Source: Octopus sinensis
Lineage: Eukaryota
Length of the DNA stretch: 64,000 bases
Direction of reading: 5' to 3'
Assembly (NCBI RefSeq): GCF_006345805.1
Contig: NC_043007.1
Coordinates: forward strand, 5,828,001-5,892,000
Shown: positions 27,508 to 41,189 of the stretch, one piece after another
How positions within the stretch are numbered: the stretch's first letter is position 1
How the letters are laid out: each line of letters begins with the position of its first letter
Notes under the pieces: generated by a model
The model's database searches: none
Told to the model about the DNA's origin: nothing
Seen by the model: only the letters and a program-made list of their open reading frames with translations
Program-made: the position numbers and the translations under genes

Positions 27508-28245
27508 CGGATTTTTGAGAGGAGCATCGCCAAGTTGGACACAGCATAGCAGAAATATAGGAACCTATGAACAACAGCTGAAAATTTTAACAAAACTATA
27601 GTAATCTGTTAATAAAACATCACATCGTATTTACGGCGAAGGAATCTATGGAACATCACATCGTAGTTAAGACAGAAAAATCTAGAAATACCTCAAATTT
27701 TTAGCAAACAGAATTCTCTAAAAACATCTGAAATCTTTGAATCTCACACTGTGATATTTCATAATTTGAAGTTAAAGAAAAATGCTTCAAGATTTTGGGG
27801 AAGTCGTTAATTAGCTATCCTATCAACATGACTGCTTACATCAACACTGAAGAGCGAATGGAGAGGAGAGGGCGAAGAGGAAGCAGGTAAGCTCACCGAA
27901 ATTCCAACGTGGGGACAAATTTATGTAGAGAAATCTAGATTTTTGAGAGGAGCGTCACCAAGTTAGACATAACAAAGCGGGCATATATAATCTATGAAGA
28001 ATATGTCAAAGTTTTAAGAAAGCTATAGTAATCTATTTATAAAACATCATATATTTACGATAAAGGAATTTATCAATGGAACTTCACATCGTAGTTAAGA
28101 TAGAAAAATCTATGAATATCTCAAAGGTTTAGAAAATATATAGAGGATACTTTAAAACAACATCTCAAATCTGTGAGTCACACGCAGTGATATTCCTTAA
28201 CACGAAATAATAGAAAGGGCTTACACCTTTTTGAGAGGAGAGTGC
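27508..28245. repeat. Diverged ~430-bp tandem repeat (two units plus the start of a third)
   Basis: gatttttgagaggagc...ctatagtaatct...cacatcgtagttaaga recurs at about 27510 and 27938; ttttgagaggag recurs at about 28228. Confidence 0.65.
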
Positions 28246-28504
28246 AAGAGAAGTGCATATATATGTATGTATACGAACATATACATACATATATATGCAT
28301 ATAGGCACATATTTAAATTAACGATCTTATCCTTATTTATATAAATTCTTATATTTATTTCGTCATTGTATTTACTGTGGTGAAGTTTCAACCATATCGC
28401 ACGAGGAGTTGTAGGCGAGCAATTTAAACTGGTCGTGTGCATACCTGCATATATATGTATGTATACGTTCGTATATGTAAGTATTCGTATGTTGTATGTA
28501 TATG

Positions 28505-28535
<31 letters not shown>

Positions 28536-29696
28536 ATTTATGTTACTATCTGTGTATATTCCACTGACGAGGCAAAGCATTTCTTATGCAAAGTCAGAAT
28601 TCCGGGATCTGGAAATATCCAGTAATTTTTTTGCTAGTTTAATTTGTCTTTTTGTCTTCTCTCCGGATGCTGTATGAACACTTAATGTGGTTTTAGAGTC
28701 GGGAAATCAGAAAATAGAAATAATACTTCACCAACAGATGACGTGCCTAGTGAGCAAAGAGAAATGAATGGATGGCGGTAGTGAAGGCGTAGAGCAAAGG
28801 GATCACATTCGGGTTTACTTTGCACTATGTTAGTCCGACTGCTTTGGGTTGTACTGGAGATCATCAGGAAGTGGGTGCTTCCTGAAGGGTTTACTGCCGA
28901 CACCTAGGATATTGTCCCCTTCGTTCTTTCAGCACAAGGTTTATGCATGCATTTTTGCTGCTGTTGTTTAACAGGGGCACTCTGAGGGAAAATGATTAAA
29001 TGAGTGAGAGAGTAAAAGAAGAAGAGAGAGAGAGTGAGAGAGAGAGAGAGAGACAGTCTACGGCCATTCGAACGCTATCTGCACTGATCTCAAGCCTCGA
29101 CCACGTTTGTCTCTATCACTGTTTCTGTGTAAGTTTCCTGTTGATGTCCTGTTTAATGTCTCTGCAAAGGATTTTCTTTACAGACCAGTCAACTATCCCC
29201 AATGCTGGTGTATCATTACTCATACTGCAGATCTCCTCCCCGGATACTCTTATCCGCCTACTTTATTTTTTCTAAGTCAGACGTAATATTCTCCAGCCAT
29301 TTTGTCTTTATCCATAACACCTTTGTTTAGGTTTTCATCAATGCCTAGATTTTTGTAGCATTGATAGAGAGAAACTGTTGATGAACAGGTTTTGAGTCTG
29401 GGAGACTGAATTTCCACGTTCAAAAATCAAATGTGAACATTCCTTTCGACCAAATTCCATTTCTGTTTCTCAGTGAAAATGTTAACATCAACTGTTTTTA
29501 TGACAATGTAAATATTTTAGCATAAACCTTCAGCCCATCTACAAAGAAAGTATGGGTTGCGTTGGTAAGTCTTGTAGTTGCAGACCCTCGGATATGGCCA
29601 TTCGATTTTTGTAGCAGAAATGATAAGATATGCATATGTTTATATAAATTCAATTTCTGCCACTAATCATTTTTCTTTTCTTTTTCCCTTCAACAG

Positions 29697-29992
29697 CTTA
29701 CAAACCCCATTCTCCGGTTTCTGGACGCCATCGATACTAATTCTTACGGTATCCACATACACGCAATTCTGACATTTTAAAACTGCAATTGACGTTAACT
29801 CGAAGAATTAATGTTACTTATTTTGAAAAATTGAACATGGTATCGCACATAATAAGCTTTCAATACATCATTTCGCAACCAGAAGTTACTTCTGTAAAAG
29901 GAAGCGTTTCAGTCGCTTCTGATCTGATTAACCAGAGAATTAGTTCTTTGTTTATAATAATTTTAACATATTTTGGCCGGTTACTATCGTAA
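29697..29992 (+). pseudogene. PEBP4-like paralog B, last exon with premature TAA (29738-29740) after GRHRY; the frame is otherwise open to a GPI-like tail (...SVASDLINQRISSLFIIILTYFGRLLS*)
   Basis: caacag acceptor. Reads YKPHSPVSGRHRY*FLRYPH; the paralogs have Gln (CAG) at the stop position. Confidence 0.85.
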
Positions 29993-30007
29993 ATAATCTA
30001 CAGAAAC

Positions 30008-30047
<40 letters not shown>

Positions 30048-30049
<2 letters not shown>

Positions 30050-30235
30050 GGGAGGAAGGTTTATGCATTAACTTAGCTTTCTCGTCCATAAAGAGTTTAG
30101 GTTTATGGCGTATCGTCAGATCCCCAAACCTTTTGGCCCGGCCGACAGGATTTTGGGATCTGGTAATACGCCATAAAGTTAAGCTCTTTATGGACGGGAA
30201 ACCGAAGGTAATCCCATAAACCGGCCTTACCCATT
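30048..30235. mobile_element. Palindromic MITE-like element just downstream of the paralog B stop (half copy at about 45775-45850 after C)
   Basis: Imperfect fold-back: ggtttatg..gtccataaagag..ttatggcgtat..agatccc / gggatct..atacgccataa..ctctttatggac..cataaacc. Confidence 0.55.
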
Positions 30236-30318
30236 TTTAATATGTACTGCTCTAAATCTTGGAGTGTGCTTCTACTTTCGGATTAATATTTTTAATAAAC
30301 GATATATATATATATATT

Positions 30319-30351
<33 letters not shown>

Positions 30352-31024
30352 GTGAACAATAAAACAAGAAATAAACAATAAAGTGTTATATCTTCTTTTC
30401 AATGTTCCTATTTTCATTCCGTGTTTTCTTTTCACCCGAACAAGTAAAGTGTGTGTAGGCAATGTGTTCTGTTGTTAAATATTCTTATATTGTACTCTCT
30501 CCTAGTCCTTCTTTCTCTATACTGAGTCCTGCGCTCCTTTACGTATTTCTCTGCATTTTTTTTCCTTCATTCATTTTCATTTACAAATCCTTTTATTCCA
30601 GAGATAATTTATTAACTGTCAGAACAACGAAGGGGTCTGATGTCAGAACTGTAACGCGGGGTGTTGGCAGAATCGTTAGCAGCCCCCGGATAAAAATCAT
30701 TTAGCAGCATATTCTCTGTTGTACGTTCTGAGTTCAAACACCACCGAGGCCGAGTTTAGTGACACACGCGCACCCATATGCACTCAAGCACACACGCGCG
30801 CGCGCAAGTGTTCATGTCTGGGCCTCTGTGTTTGCCTTCCAGCCCAACGCTTGACAGTTGCTGTGATGTTTGCATGAGTTGCAGCAAAGCGATCCTCCAG
30901 TATGACCATCGTCTAATGACTGAAAAAGCATAAACGTGATACGAGCCAAAAGAGGAGCAGGCATATATGACTGATGTAAACCCACCTCTGAGGAAACAAG
31001 ACACCTTTCTTTAGTTTTCTCTGA

Positions 31025-31200
31025 TTATTTGTTCTTGACAGACTTTCGTAATTGCCTCAGCAAGTTTGCATACAACTCTCCATTGATGGTGTGGCCATTT
31101 TGAATATAGTCAACCGACTCAATGCCCTTTACATCCTCAAAACACTGAGGCCGCTCCTTTCCTGCTGATGAAGACGAACTTTTCAGCCCACCCTCATATG
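31025..31200 (-). mobile_element. Mariner-like remnant (terminal repeat joined to a transposase fragment)
   Basis: Minus strand begins tatgagggtgggctgaaaagttc and encodes VDYIQNGHTINGELYANLLRQLRKSVKNK. Confidence 0.6.
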
Positions 31201-31458
31201 AATGTATGCGTGTATGTATGTATGTATGTATATGTTGTACGTATGTATGTGTTGTATGTATGAATGTATGAATGTATGTATGTGTTATATGTGTGTATGT
31301 ACGTATGTATGTATATGTTGTATGTATGTATATGTTGTATGTATGTATGCATGTATGTATGTATATGTATGTATATGTTGTATGTATGTATGTATATATG
31401 TATGTACGTATGTATGTATGTATGTATGTATGTATGTATGTATGTATGTATATGTATG

Positions 31459-31490
<32 letters not shown>

Positions 31491-32428
31491 TGTATATGTA
31501 TGTATATGTTGTATGTATGTATGTATGCATGTATGTATGTATATGTATGTATATGTTGTATGTATGTATGTATGTATGTATATGTTGTATGTATGTACGT
31601 ATGTATGTATGTATGTATGTATGTATGTATGCATGTATGTATGTATGTGTGTATGTATGTGTGTGTATGTATGTATATGTATGTATATGTTGTATGTATG
31701 TATGTATGTATGTGTGTATGTATGTATGTATGTATGTATGTATGTGTGTATGTGTGTGTATGTATGTATATGTTGTATGTATGTATGTATGTATGTGTGT
31801 GTATGTATGTATATGTATGTATATGTTGTATGTATGTATGTATGTATGCGTGTATGTATGTATGTATGTATGTATGTGTGTATGTATGTATGTATGTATA
31901 TGTATGTATATGTTGTATGTATGTATGTATGTATATGTTGTATGTATGTACGTATGTATGTATGTATGTATGTGTGTATGTATGTATGTATGTATGTATG
32001 TATGTGTGTATGTGTGTGTATGTATGTATATGTTGTATGTATGTATGTATGTATGTATGTATGTATGTATATGTATGTATATGTTGTATGTATGTATGTA
32101 TGCATGTATGTATGTATGTATATGTATGTATATGTTGTATGTATGTATGTATGTATGTATATGTTGTATGTATGTACGTATGTATGTATGTATGTATGTA
32201 TGTATGTATGTATGCATGTATGTATGTATGTGTGTATGTATGTGTGTGTATGTATGTATATGTATGTATATGTTGTATGTATGTATGTATGTATGTGTGT
32301 ATGTATGTATGTATGTATGTATGTGTGTATGTGTGTGTATGTATGTATATGTTGTATGTATGTATGTATGTATGTGTGTGTATGTATGTATGTATGTATG
32401 CATGTATGTATGTATGTGTGTATGTATG
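31201..32428 (+). repeat. ~1.2-kb compound (TATG)n microsatellite with recurring variant units
   Basis: Directly visible; it explains the six overlapping 370-500 aa YVCM/HTYI ORFs. Confidence 0.97.
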
Positions 32429-33140
32429 TTGATGAAGATGCTGGAGGTGAGTGGTAGGGATAATGATGATGCTTATAAGATCGACGACGATAACGACAAT
32501 TAAAATAAAATATAAATGGCTTGATAGAATATATTCCATCGAGCCATTCTTCCTTCATTAGGATAACTCCCTCCAGAGTCAGGCCCTGGGAGAAAAAGTG
32601 CCATAACTGTTGCCTTGTGTCATCTGAGAAAAAGAAAAAAATATGGAACTAAAAGAGATATCGTCTGAATATTTCTTTTATAACAAGTCTCCTATAATTA
32701 TGGAAAAAGGAGGTATTTGAAGCCGTGCGTTTTTAGGCGTTATGCTTCTTTACAAAAACAAACTTTAATATAACGCCATTTGTGAAATGATGGATTTCAC
32801 GAAAAAGTACTAAGGGAGGTAACTCTAAATTGTATTTATCGTTCAACATCAGTGACGAGTTTATTTGGATTATTTTAGCATTTATTTTATTTTACTGTAA
32901 ACGTTTAATTTACCTGTCAAATTAGTCGAAAGAATTGCACGTGACGTATTTTTAATTTAGTCGGTTCCTTTAATTTTCCACTGTAAGAATCTAAACACAC
33001 ACACACACACACACAAACCCTCCCTTTCAATCCCTCTCTTTCTATCCCTCTCTTTCATTCTTTTTTCTTTCTTTCTATATATATACATATACATATACAC
33101 ACACACATACACACGCATATATATATATATATATATACAC

Positions 33141-33186
<46 letters not shown>

Positions 33187-33810
33187 ATGTATGTATGTGT
33201 GTGTGTGCGCATGTGTAATAATTATGTACATACGTACACATACATATAAGTGTGTATTATGCTTTGCATATTATGCTTTACGTTTAAAATGATACCAGTA
33301 ATTATAAAATATAATATACAGGAATATAAATTGGGAAAATAGCTCACAGCTGTTTCAGCCAAGAGGTAAAAAATACCTCATTCTACCTTTATTCTTCCAG
33401 TAGACTGAAGTAATAAGTAGATGATATTGAAGTACTTGGGTGTTTCTCTAGGCTTCATCAAAGATTTTATGAAGTACATAAGGTTAAGTTATAAATAAAT
33501 ATAAATATAAAATAAATAAAAAATACACACACATTTAAATACTTATACATATACATAGACATATGCATACATTTATAAATATACATAAATACTTATATAT
33601 ACACTTAAATGTACATAGATATTTATATTTATAAGCATACACAATAATCAATTATTATTAATAATATTAGATGCGTTATATTATTCATATTAAATGAAAT
33701 ATAAACAGAGGTATGAGAAAGTAGTAAGAAGAGTAATTTTGCAATCTGTAAAATCAATATATCTTAAAGTTATTTCAGTTGTGTCAGAACGAAACGGCAT
33801 ACACATGAGG

Positions 33811-33874
<64 letters not shown>

Positions 33875-33884
<10 letters not shown>

Positions 33885-34050
33885 TATTCGAGACAAAACC
33901 ACTATTTTGCAAAACCAACAAGGAAAGACTTAATTAATACATAAAATTTTAATAAATAGTTTTGACTATTTATTAAAATTTTATGTATTAATTAAGTCTT
34001 TCCTTGTTGGTTTTGCAAAATAGTGGTTTTGTCTCGAATAATATTTTATA
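33875..34050. repeat. Perfect inverted repeat with 86-bp arms and a 4-nt loop
   Basis: 33875-33960 is the exact reverse complement of 33965-34050. Confidence 0.9.
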
Positions 34051-34126
34051 ATATTTTACTATAAAATCGATTTAATCATAAATCTGATTTTTTCCCTGTA
34101 AATTTGGATTTATTCCCTAATATTTA

Positions 34127-34167
<41 letters not shown>

Positions 34168-34689
34168 CATAAATACATACATACATACATACATACATAC
34201 ATACATACATACATACACACATATATACATACATACACACTCGCACAAATATATATATATATATATACATACATATATATTTTTCCACTGAAACATATAT
34301 GTACACACGTATTATATGTGTTTAGAGACATGTGTTTAGTAATAATCTTTTTAAGAAGTAAAAAATGTATTCTTGTTTGAAACAAGATAAAGTATAAGCT
34401 TGTAATATATTTTCTGCTGGATTACCATGATCTGAACACAGCTAATTAACTAATAATTTTGACAAAATCTGGTCAGCTAAAACCTTTCCTTTGCGACAGA
34501 GTGTATCGTTTCATAGACGTGTAAGCGGAGGCGCCTGTTTTTGTTTTGCTTTATTCCTTCGTCTGCAAATTGAATCAGACGAGTTTTCTATGGCGGATTT
34601 TTCAGTTTTAATCGTATTATAGAATTCTTCATACAACCTCACTTCATACATACTTACATATACATACACACGCATCTTCCCACACATAT

Positions 34690-35330
34690 AAATACACCAA
34701 TACCAGGAACAATTGAGGGCTCATAGTGCAAAGGATTCGTGATTCGACAGCTGAGAATCGCCGGTTGAAGGCAGTAGGGCTTGCCCACCAGGGTCAACAG
34801 ATGCAGTGGAAACAGACACGTTCTGTCCTGGAAGGAACCCTGGATCACTGGCCAGAGAACATTCTCCTTCCTCCTTCGTGCTGTAGCTGACTTTTTGCCA
34901 ACAGCAAATAACCTTAAAATAAAGGGTAAATAAATCGTTGTACACTGAACAACATTTTGCCAGGATACCCCAAGGCACTGAGAGAAGGTCAATTTAAGTG
35001 ATGATATGACGAGGCCCTTGCAGAAATTGTCAAGTCGACTGATCTTCAAAGAATGAAGGCTAATAAACACCACCACCGAAGGGAGGACATACTCTATATT
35101 TCTCACCACGTAAAGAAAACTTAGTTAACAAGGCCTTTGTCAAGGGATGACATGCGGCCTCATTTCCATTGAAGTCGGCAACCGCAGATTTTCAGCTAAA
35201 GCAGTGCACTATGATCTGCAGAAGATAGGTCTGAAACACAGACAACTAAAGAAAGCCATGAAGGAGACAGTCCCAGAACCTAGAACTAGCTGAAGGTGAC
35301 TATCTTCGGTAGGGGAAAACTAGTTCGGTC
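34690..35330 (+). mobile_element. Duplicate of the RLE-type non-LTR fragment, upstream of paralog C
   Basis: Near-identical to about 10900-11500. Confidence 0.6.
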
Positions 35331-35650
35331 CTCGATCACGCACTCGGGCGAAGCGTAAATGCTGAGGGACGAAATGCTTGTGACTCTGAAATACCTGCTA
35401 ACGAGCTAACGATAGAGAAGTGTTACTAACATTGCTATATTTTGGAATCTTTTGAGTAGATGCTGCAGTTTCTGCATAGAGAAAGGCATCTCTCATGCAC
35501 AATACAGCCATATGTATATGTACATACACACACACACACATGCACATATATATGCATATAAATATATATATATGTGTGTGTGTGCATATATATGTATATG
35601 CATATATATGTATATGTATATATATATGTATAGATATATATATATGTATA

Positions 35651-35691
<41 letters not shown>

Positions 35692-35706
35692 GTATATGTA
35701 TATATA

Positions 35707-35744
<38 letters not shown>

Positions 35745-36190
35745 CATACATGTAAATATATATGTGTGTGTGTTTACATGTGTGCGTGTGTGCGTTTGCG
35801 TGTATTATATATGCGTGTTTGTTTATATGTCTTTATGTAGATATGTTTGTAAGTACTTATATATGTAAAGGTACACATGCACACACCTTCACGTAAGCAA
35901 ATTTAAAACAGTAATGCGTCATAATCAAACATAAATACAACCGCGCGCACACTTAGACGCATGCTCACTTGTAGAAGCACACGTATAAAGAACGGATGTG
36001 TTAGAAACAAGGAGAGAAAGATCACGTCAAACAGAAGTCTAGTGTTGACAATTTTGAAGATAAATCAAAGTATATTTATTAAAATAAATACGGAAATATT
36101 TGCATCTAAACTGCAAATAATCTTTTCGTCAATATCTCCAAAGACAACGATTATAACATCTTCAGTGCTGTAACTCCATTGACAGAAATA

Positions 36191-36385
36191 ATGTTCTTCT
36201 GGAATGTTTTCCGAGGGAAGATCCTACTGCTTTCTTGCATGGTCTTTCACAGTTTGGCATACAATGCGAATGAGAACTTATGCGCCGGGACACAGCTGAT
36301 TCTTCTTCCTAAGAATATATACAAAAAATGTAATGTCGACCTTAGTGTAGCTGATGTAAAGAAACCGCCAACATTGAATGTTCCG
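36191..36385 (+). CDS. PEBP4-like paralog C, coding exon 1 (MFFWNVFRGKILLLSCMVFHSLAYNANENLCAGTQLILLPKNIYKKCNVDLSVADVKKPPTLNVP)
   Basis: ATG to CCG|gtaggt, 195 nt, signal-peptide-like N-terminus. Splices in frame to exons at 41190, 43244 and 45413, giving 645 nt / 214 aa. Confidence 0.9.
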
Positions 36386-38610
36386 GTAGGTTATCTATGA
36401 ATAATACTAGCATTTTGTCTGATTTAGGCCATCAATTAGTGAAAAGACGATGAGTTGATACCATTGTCCCCTTGCTTGATTGCTTCTTTATCTTATCGAT
36501 CTGGAAAGGCTGAAACGCAAAGTTGACCCTGTGTGGGGGATTTGAATGTAAATAGTTGGAAAGCATGTTTCTCGATGCTTTAACAATTCTGCTAGTTCGG
36601 CGCCAGCAGTTTTAAGATGAGGTGATAAGTAGATGCCACAAATTCCACTACTTGACAGCTGCTTTCTTTCATTTCGACACCCAAGGGAATGAAAGGCTAA
36701 GTTAACCCTGGCGGGGTGAAGAGCCGAAAAAGATTGCACGAAACATATTTTTACCTTTGCTCTAAAAATTCTGCCAATGTGTAACAATTTCTGTTATTGG
36801 TGACAAGGGCCCAAAATGTTGTTAACAATGAAAATACAATTAACAAAAACAATAGGAGAATTATTTCGGGTAAAAAGAGCAGAAATCTACAAAAATGACG
36901 AGTGCAAAATGTCAACACGATAAGGTGGCAAGTAAGAAGTAATTCCTCTTGATTAACTCGGAGTATCTTCCACGAAACTCTGGGTGACGCGCATCAAATG
37001 TTAAGTGCGCACTCGTAGTTTGTTGTCTTTTGTTTAGAGTCGTCAAGTCAAAATGGGTTCATTTCGCCTCATCAGACTCGCTGTGTTTATATTTTGTAAA
37101 GACAACGGAGGAGAGTGATTTCCTCCTCCCTTCAACTGTGTACTTTAAGCATTTGATGTGGGCATTGTTCGAGAACATCCTTAACCAAATCCTTTTAACC
37201 GCGTCCAACACAACTTTCTTTACCATAGCCATTTAGTAGAAGTAGGTTAGTCGCCTTTTCTTGTTAATAGAAAGCAGTGGGCCGATCTTACCTTATAGAC
37301 TGGGATGACGGCCGAATCTGTTTTACATGTGATGGCATACATTCGATAGAAACTCACAAATCAGGAAAAAGAGGAATACAGAATAAATAAGTGCTTGATG
37401 TTTCTAGGACACGCCCGACATTGCCAAGACTCCAGAATCGGTAGAGCTTGTCCGGAGCAGACGGTGCTTCTTAACCCCTGTTGTACCGAAAGAGACCAAG
37501 GTCCATTTGGTCGCTTTGAGCAGCAGAGTAAAATCGAAAGTGCATACACTACAATCTGGTCTCGTATTTCCTGAAATATGACCCTGTAGTCAGGTGGTTC
37601 TGCATAACCGCGTGATGCAGACATTAACTATTTCCGCAAGTGTAGTGTTTTCACTTCCTGCTCTGGGTCACCAGCTGTATTTCGTCAAACTCTTCTACAC
37701 TGAAACAGCTTGAGGTGCAACCAGCACCTGGAATTCAGTTGTCATCATCGTACGATTTTGTTGTGAAATGGACTTAAGTTCTACTTCAGTCATAGAACTA
37801 AACACGACCTTGAAGGTGTTACGCTGGTCACTAACCTTCATTATTTGTCGTCTTTAATTAAACGACATCATTGCAAAATGCCGAGACATTTCATGTGGTT
37901 ATGCTCACTGCTCTAGGTTGCTTCTTTCTGTAAATGAAAAGCCACTGTCCAATGGTGTCTTCCTCTCGTCCAGGATGGCACGGCTGATCATACTTCTTAA
38001 AAACGTTTGTTGATTTGAACTGGAGTGGGATACTGCAACTTCTCATCTTCTTAAGACAGATGAAATACCACCAGGCATTTCGCCCGGCGTGCTAACGTTT
38101 CTGCAAGCTGGCCGTGCTAAGCAGTCAAGATATTGTTAGTTATCACAATCACCATTTGATGTCTTTGGCAAAGACATTTAGCTTTTATGAAATGATTCAA
38201 TACGTGTAGCAAACGAATAGGTATTTGAGGGTAAAAACAAATCTCTGCTTTGACACTGGTGACACTGTAACATTGGCGAACGCTTTCATAGTTCACAATG
38301 ATAAATTCAGTTCTTTCGGTGGGTGCAAGAAGGGCGGGCGCAAAAGAGTGACTTACTCTGATGTTGCACGGCGATCGGCGTTTCACTGGTGTCCCTAAAA
38401 ACTATTATGGGTTTCAAGACCCGAACATAATCGTAACAAGTACAGATAAGTATATCAAGTGACGGGTACATTTCCATGCTAGCATGGGTTATTTATTTAC
38501 CCACCTTTCTCTCTGTATCCCCCCTCTTTCTATATATATATTTTAAAAAATATATACATGTGTTGCTGTGTGTGTCAGTATATGTATATATGTATCCGTA
38601 TATATATATG

Positions 38611-38713
<103 letters not shown>

Positions 38714-38715
38714 CA

Positions 38716-38995
38716 GGTGGAGGCGCAATGGCCTAGTGGTTTGGGCAGTGGACTCGCGGAAGATCGCGGTTTCGTTTCCCAGACCGGGCGGTATGAGTGT
38801 TTATTGAGCGAAAACAACTAAAGCTCTGCGAAGCTCCGGCGGGGAATGGTGGCGACCCCTGCTGTACTCTTTCGCCACAACTTTCTCAAACTCTTTCTTC
38901 TGTTGGTCTGCTCGCTTAGCCAGTGGGGTGGCGTTATTTGAAGACTAAGACAATGCGAAGCGCATTGTGACCAGCGATGATCACGGTGATATTAG
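38716..38995 (+). mobile_element. tRNA-derived SINE (paralogous copy at about 49573-49855; a further family member on the - strand at about 50940-51145)
   Basis: gcaatggcc(t/c)agtggtt A-box-like and ggtttcgattcc B-box-like motifs, with a shared body. Confidence 0.7.
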
Positions 38996-39959
38996 ACAGA
39001 ATGGGATAACCAACCCAAGACTGTGAGATGTTTTCAGGACATTTATTATGAAATAGTCTTACTGCTGTTTCTGGAATATTATGGATATCCCTTCATCAGA
39101 AAAAATATCAGAGTTCGAGTTGCTGTAGAAAAATAGGGAATATGGAGAGAAAAAAGGGAATGAAGATATGATGATCTCTGAAGATGATATGTTAAGGTCT
39201 AAACGGCTGATATCAATCATGGAATGCATATTCAAATTCAAGTTGCCTACTTTAGTGAACGTTGCCTTCTTTATCACACCACCACCACAACGATTAATGC
39301 GGTCTTTGCGAAATAGGTTGTAGCCAGCTATGCTGAACCCCGCTTCACACAGTTAGGCATGTGTCCATATTTCTTTGATTGTAATGAAATCGGGGTCGAT
39401 ACCTTTGGCGTAAGATGTACTTTGTTGCACAAGTTATGAGCATTCAAGGACAACAGTTTGTACCTTGATTTCAGTTTACTACGATGTGAAGAGAATGGCG
39501 GGTCGTTCCTATTTTTTCCCGACAGTCTCGACAGTCTTTTCATTGCCAACTGTTGTGGTCACTGTGTGTTCACACCAGCTCGTATCTCTTCCCTATGTTT
39601 CACCATCCTTAATATACAACCCATGGTCGTGTACGCTGAAGCTTTCATGTTGTGCTAAGTTGATATTTAAGGAAGCCACATCACGTAGCTTTGGATGTAC
39701 ATCAGGTGGTAGGCCAGAGCCTATTCTAAAGGTAATCCTATTTTCACGCCTAACTTTATCAGAAGCTAAAAGGTATGAAAATGTCTCAGAAGAGTTTGAA
39801 AAAGACAGCCTGATTAGTCTGAGTTTTGGACCTGATCGACCAAGGCGGAGAGCACCCTTCGGGGAACACAGCCTAGGTCTTTGAATGAGCTGGTAGTAAC
39901 TGCCAGAAGGTCAGCTATATTCTCTCGTACCCCAATGACAATTACTTCATTGCTGACCG

Positions 39960-40455
39960 ACACGCCAGAATGGATATCCCCTTCAACCTAACACAAAGGA
40001 TATGTAACATTAGTTTCTAATGCAAGTACCAGGGACACACGACGATATGAACTAAATGATACACTCATCACCAGAAACTACCCACCTTCACTAATTGACA
40101 TATGCTTCAACGTGCCCTTCAACTCAACAAATTTAAGAAGGATTTACAACCAAAAGCCCTACCATACATCTTTTCTCACACAACTCTCTTAACAATGAAG
40201 CCTTCAACACCATCTTTCACCCCCCCCCCTTGCTAAAAAAGGACCACAAAATGAATTTAATCCTCCAAACACGCCATCATAAAAAGCAAGAGACAGCCCA
40301 AATCTATGAAAAGTCTACTAACACAAGCCCGAAAACGTTCAACAACACTGAAGCTGTCAGTAAAAAAATGCCGACAATCTAACTGTAGGATATTCGTCAA
40401 TTTAATTGAGGGATCAGAGTTCACCTTCAAACAGGGACGTTTCATAGTGAACATA
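39960..40455 (+). mobile_element. Penelope-like fragment related to the 20-21 kb element (duplicate at about 55220-55712)
   Basis: Matches about 20450-20965 (atccccttcaa...gatacactcatcaccag...gagggatcagagttc). Confidence 0.75.
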
Positions 40456-40975
40456 GAAGAATAGTGTTTTGCCAGCGTGCCTTCCCATTGAAGACGACGT
40501 ATGAGTATTCGGGTTCGGGCGAGCGACCGGAACAAATGATTTGTTTATAGAGATAAGATATTTCTGTGCCATGCATTTACTCAAATCGATGTTGTCTGAA
40601 TAGGGTCACAGTGTGCCACGTGGAAGGTGTCGAAGTGATCGCAGTGTAACGTGAGGTGAAATATTCTCCTCAAGAACAAAACGCTCCACAACATCTAGCA
40701 AGTGAAATCAGGATTGGTAAATCTTCTGAGCAACATCTTAACCATACATACACACTCAATAACACTATAAAATGGTCGAAATCTTTCCACAAGAACTTAG
40801 TTCAATTTGAAAACCCCACCAAAATGGACGAAAGCGCTAATATGTAGGATATATGATGTAAGTTATATGATGTATAAAAACATATAATATACAAATAAAT
40901 ATCTGTAACTACAAAACCATCCGAATTTCTGGGTACCTCGTTTCTTCTAAAATACCTGTACATCATCTCCAAACC

Positions 40976-41010
<35 letters not shown>

Positions 41011-41035
41011 AAACATTACGTTATATAATTATTTA

Positions 41036-41095
<60 letters not shown>

Positions 41096-41189
41096 ATGCC
41101 AAATTCCTAATATGTTCACGTGTGTGTATGTATGATTTAATATAATAAATTCCTCCTAATTAAAAAAAAAAACTTTTGTGTTTTATTAG

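Noticed and set aside
31025-32558. Six long ORFs of 372-504 aa
   Set aside because: Translations of the (TATG)n microsatellite, low complexity and open in all frames.
35961-36173. Duplicated 70-aa ORF upstream of exon 1 (also 46809-47021)
   Set aside because: Identity is explained by recent duplication, it is disrupted by a deletion in copy B, and it has no recognisable motif.
37030-37624. ORFs conserved between 37 kb and 48 kb (likewise 40656 and 55915)
   Set aside because: They lie in duplicated intron 1 of C and D, probably decayed LINE sequence. They have no splice context fitting the gene, and exons 1 and 2 join in frame without them.
38716-38790. tRNA-like sequence
   Set aside because: A- and B-box-like motifs are present but there is no full cloverleaf, and it continues into a repeated SINE body, so it is a SINE head rather than a tRNA gene.
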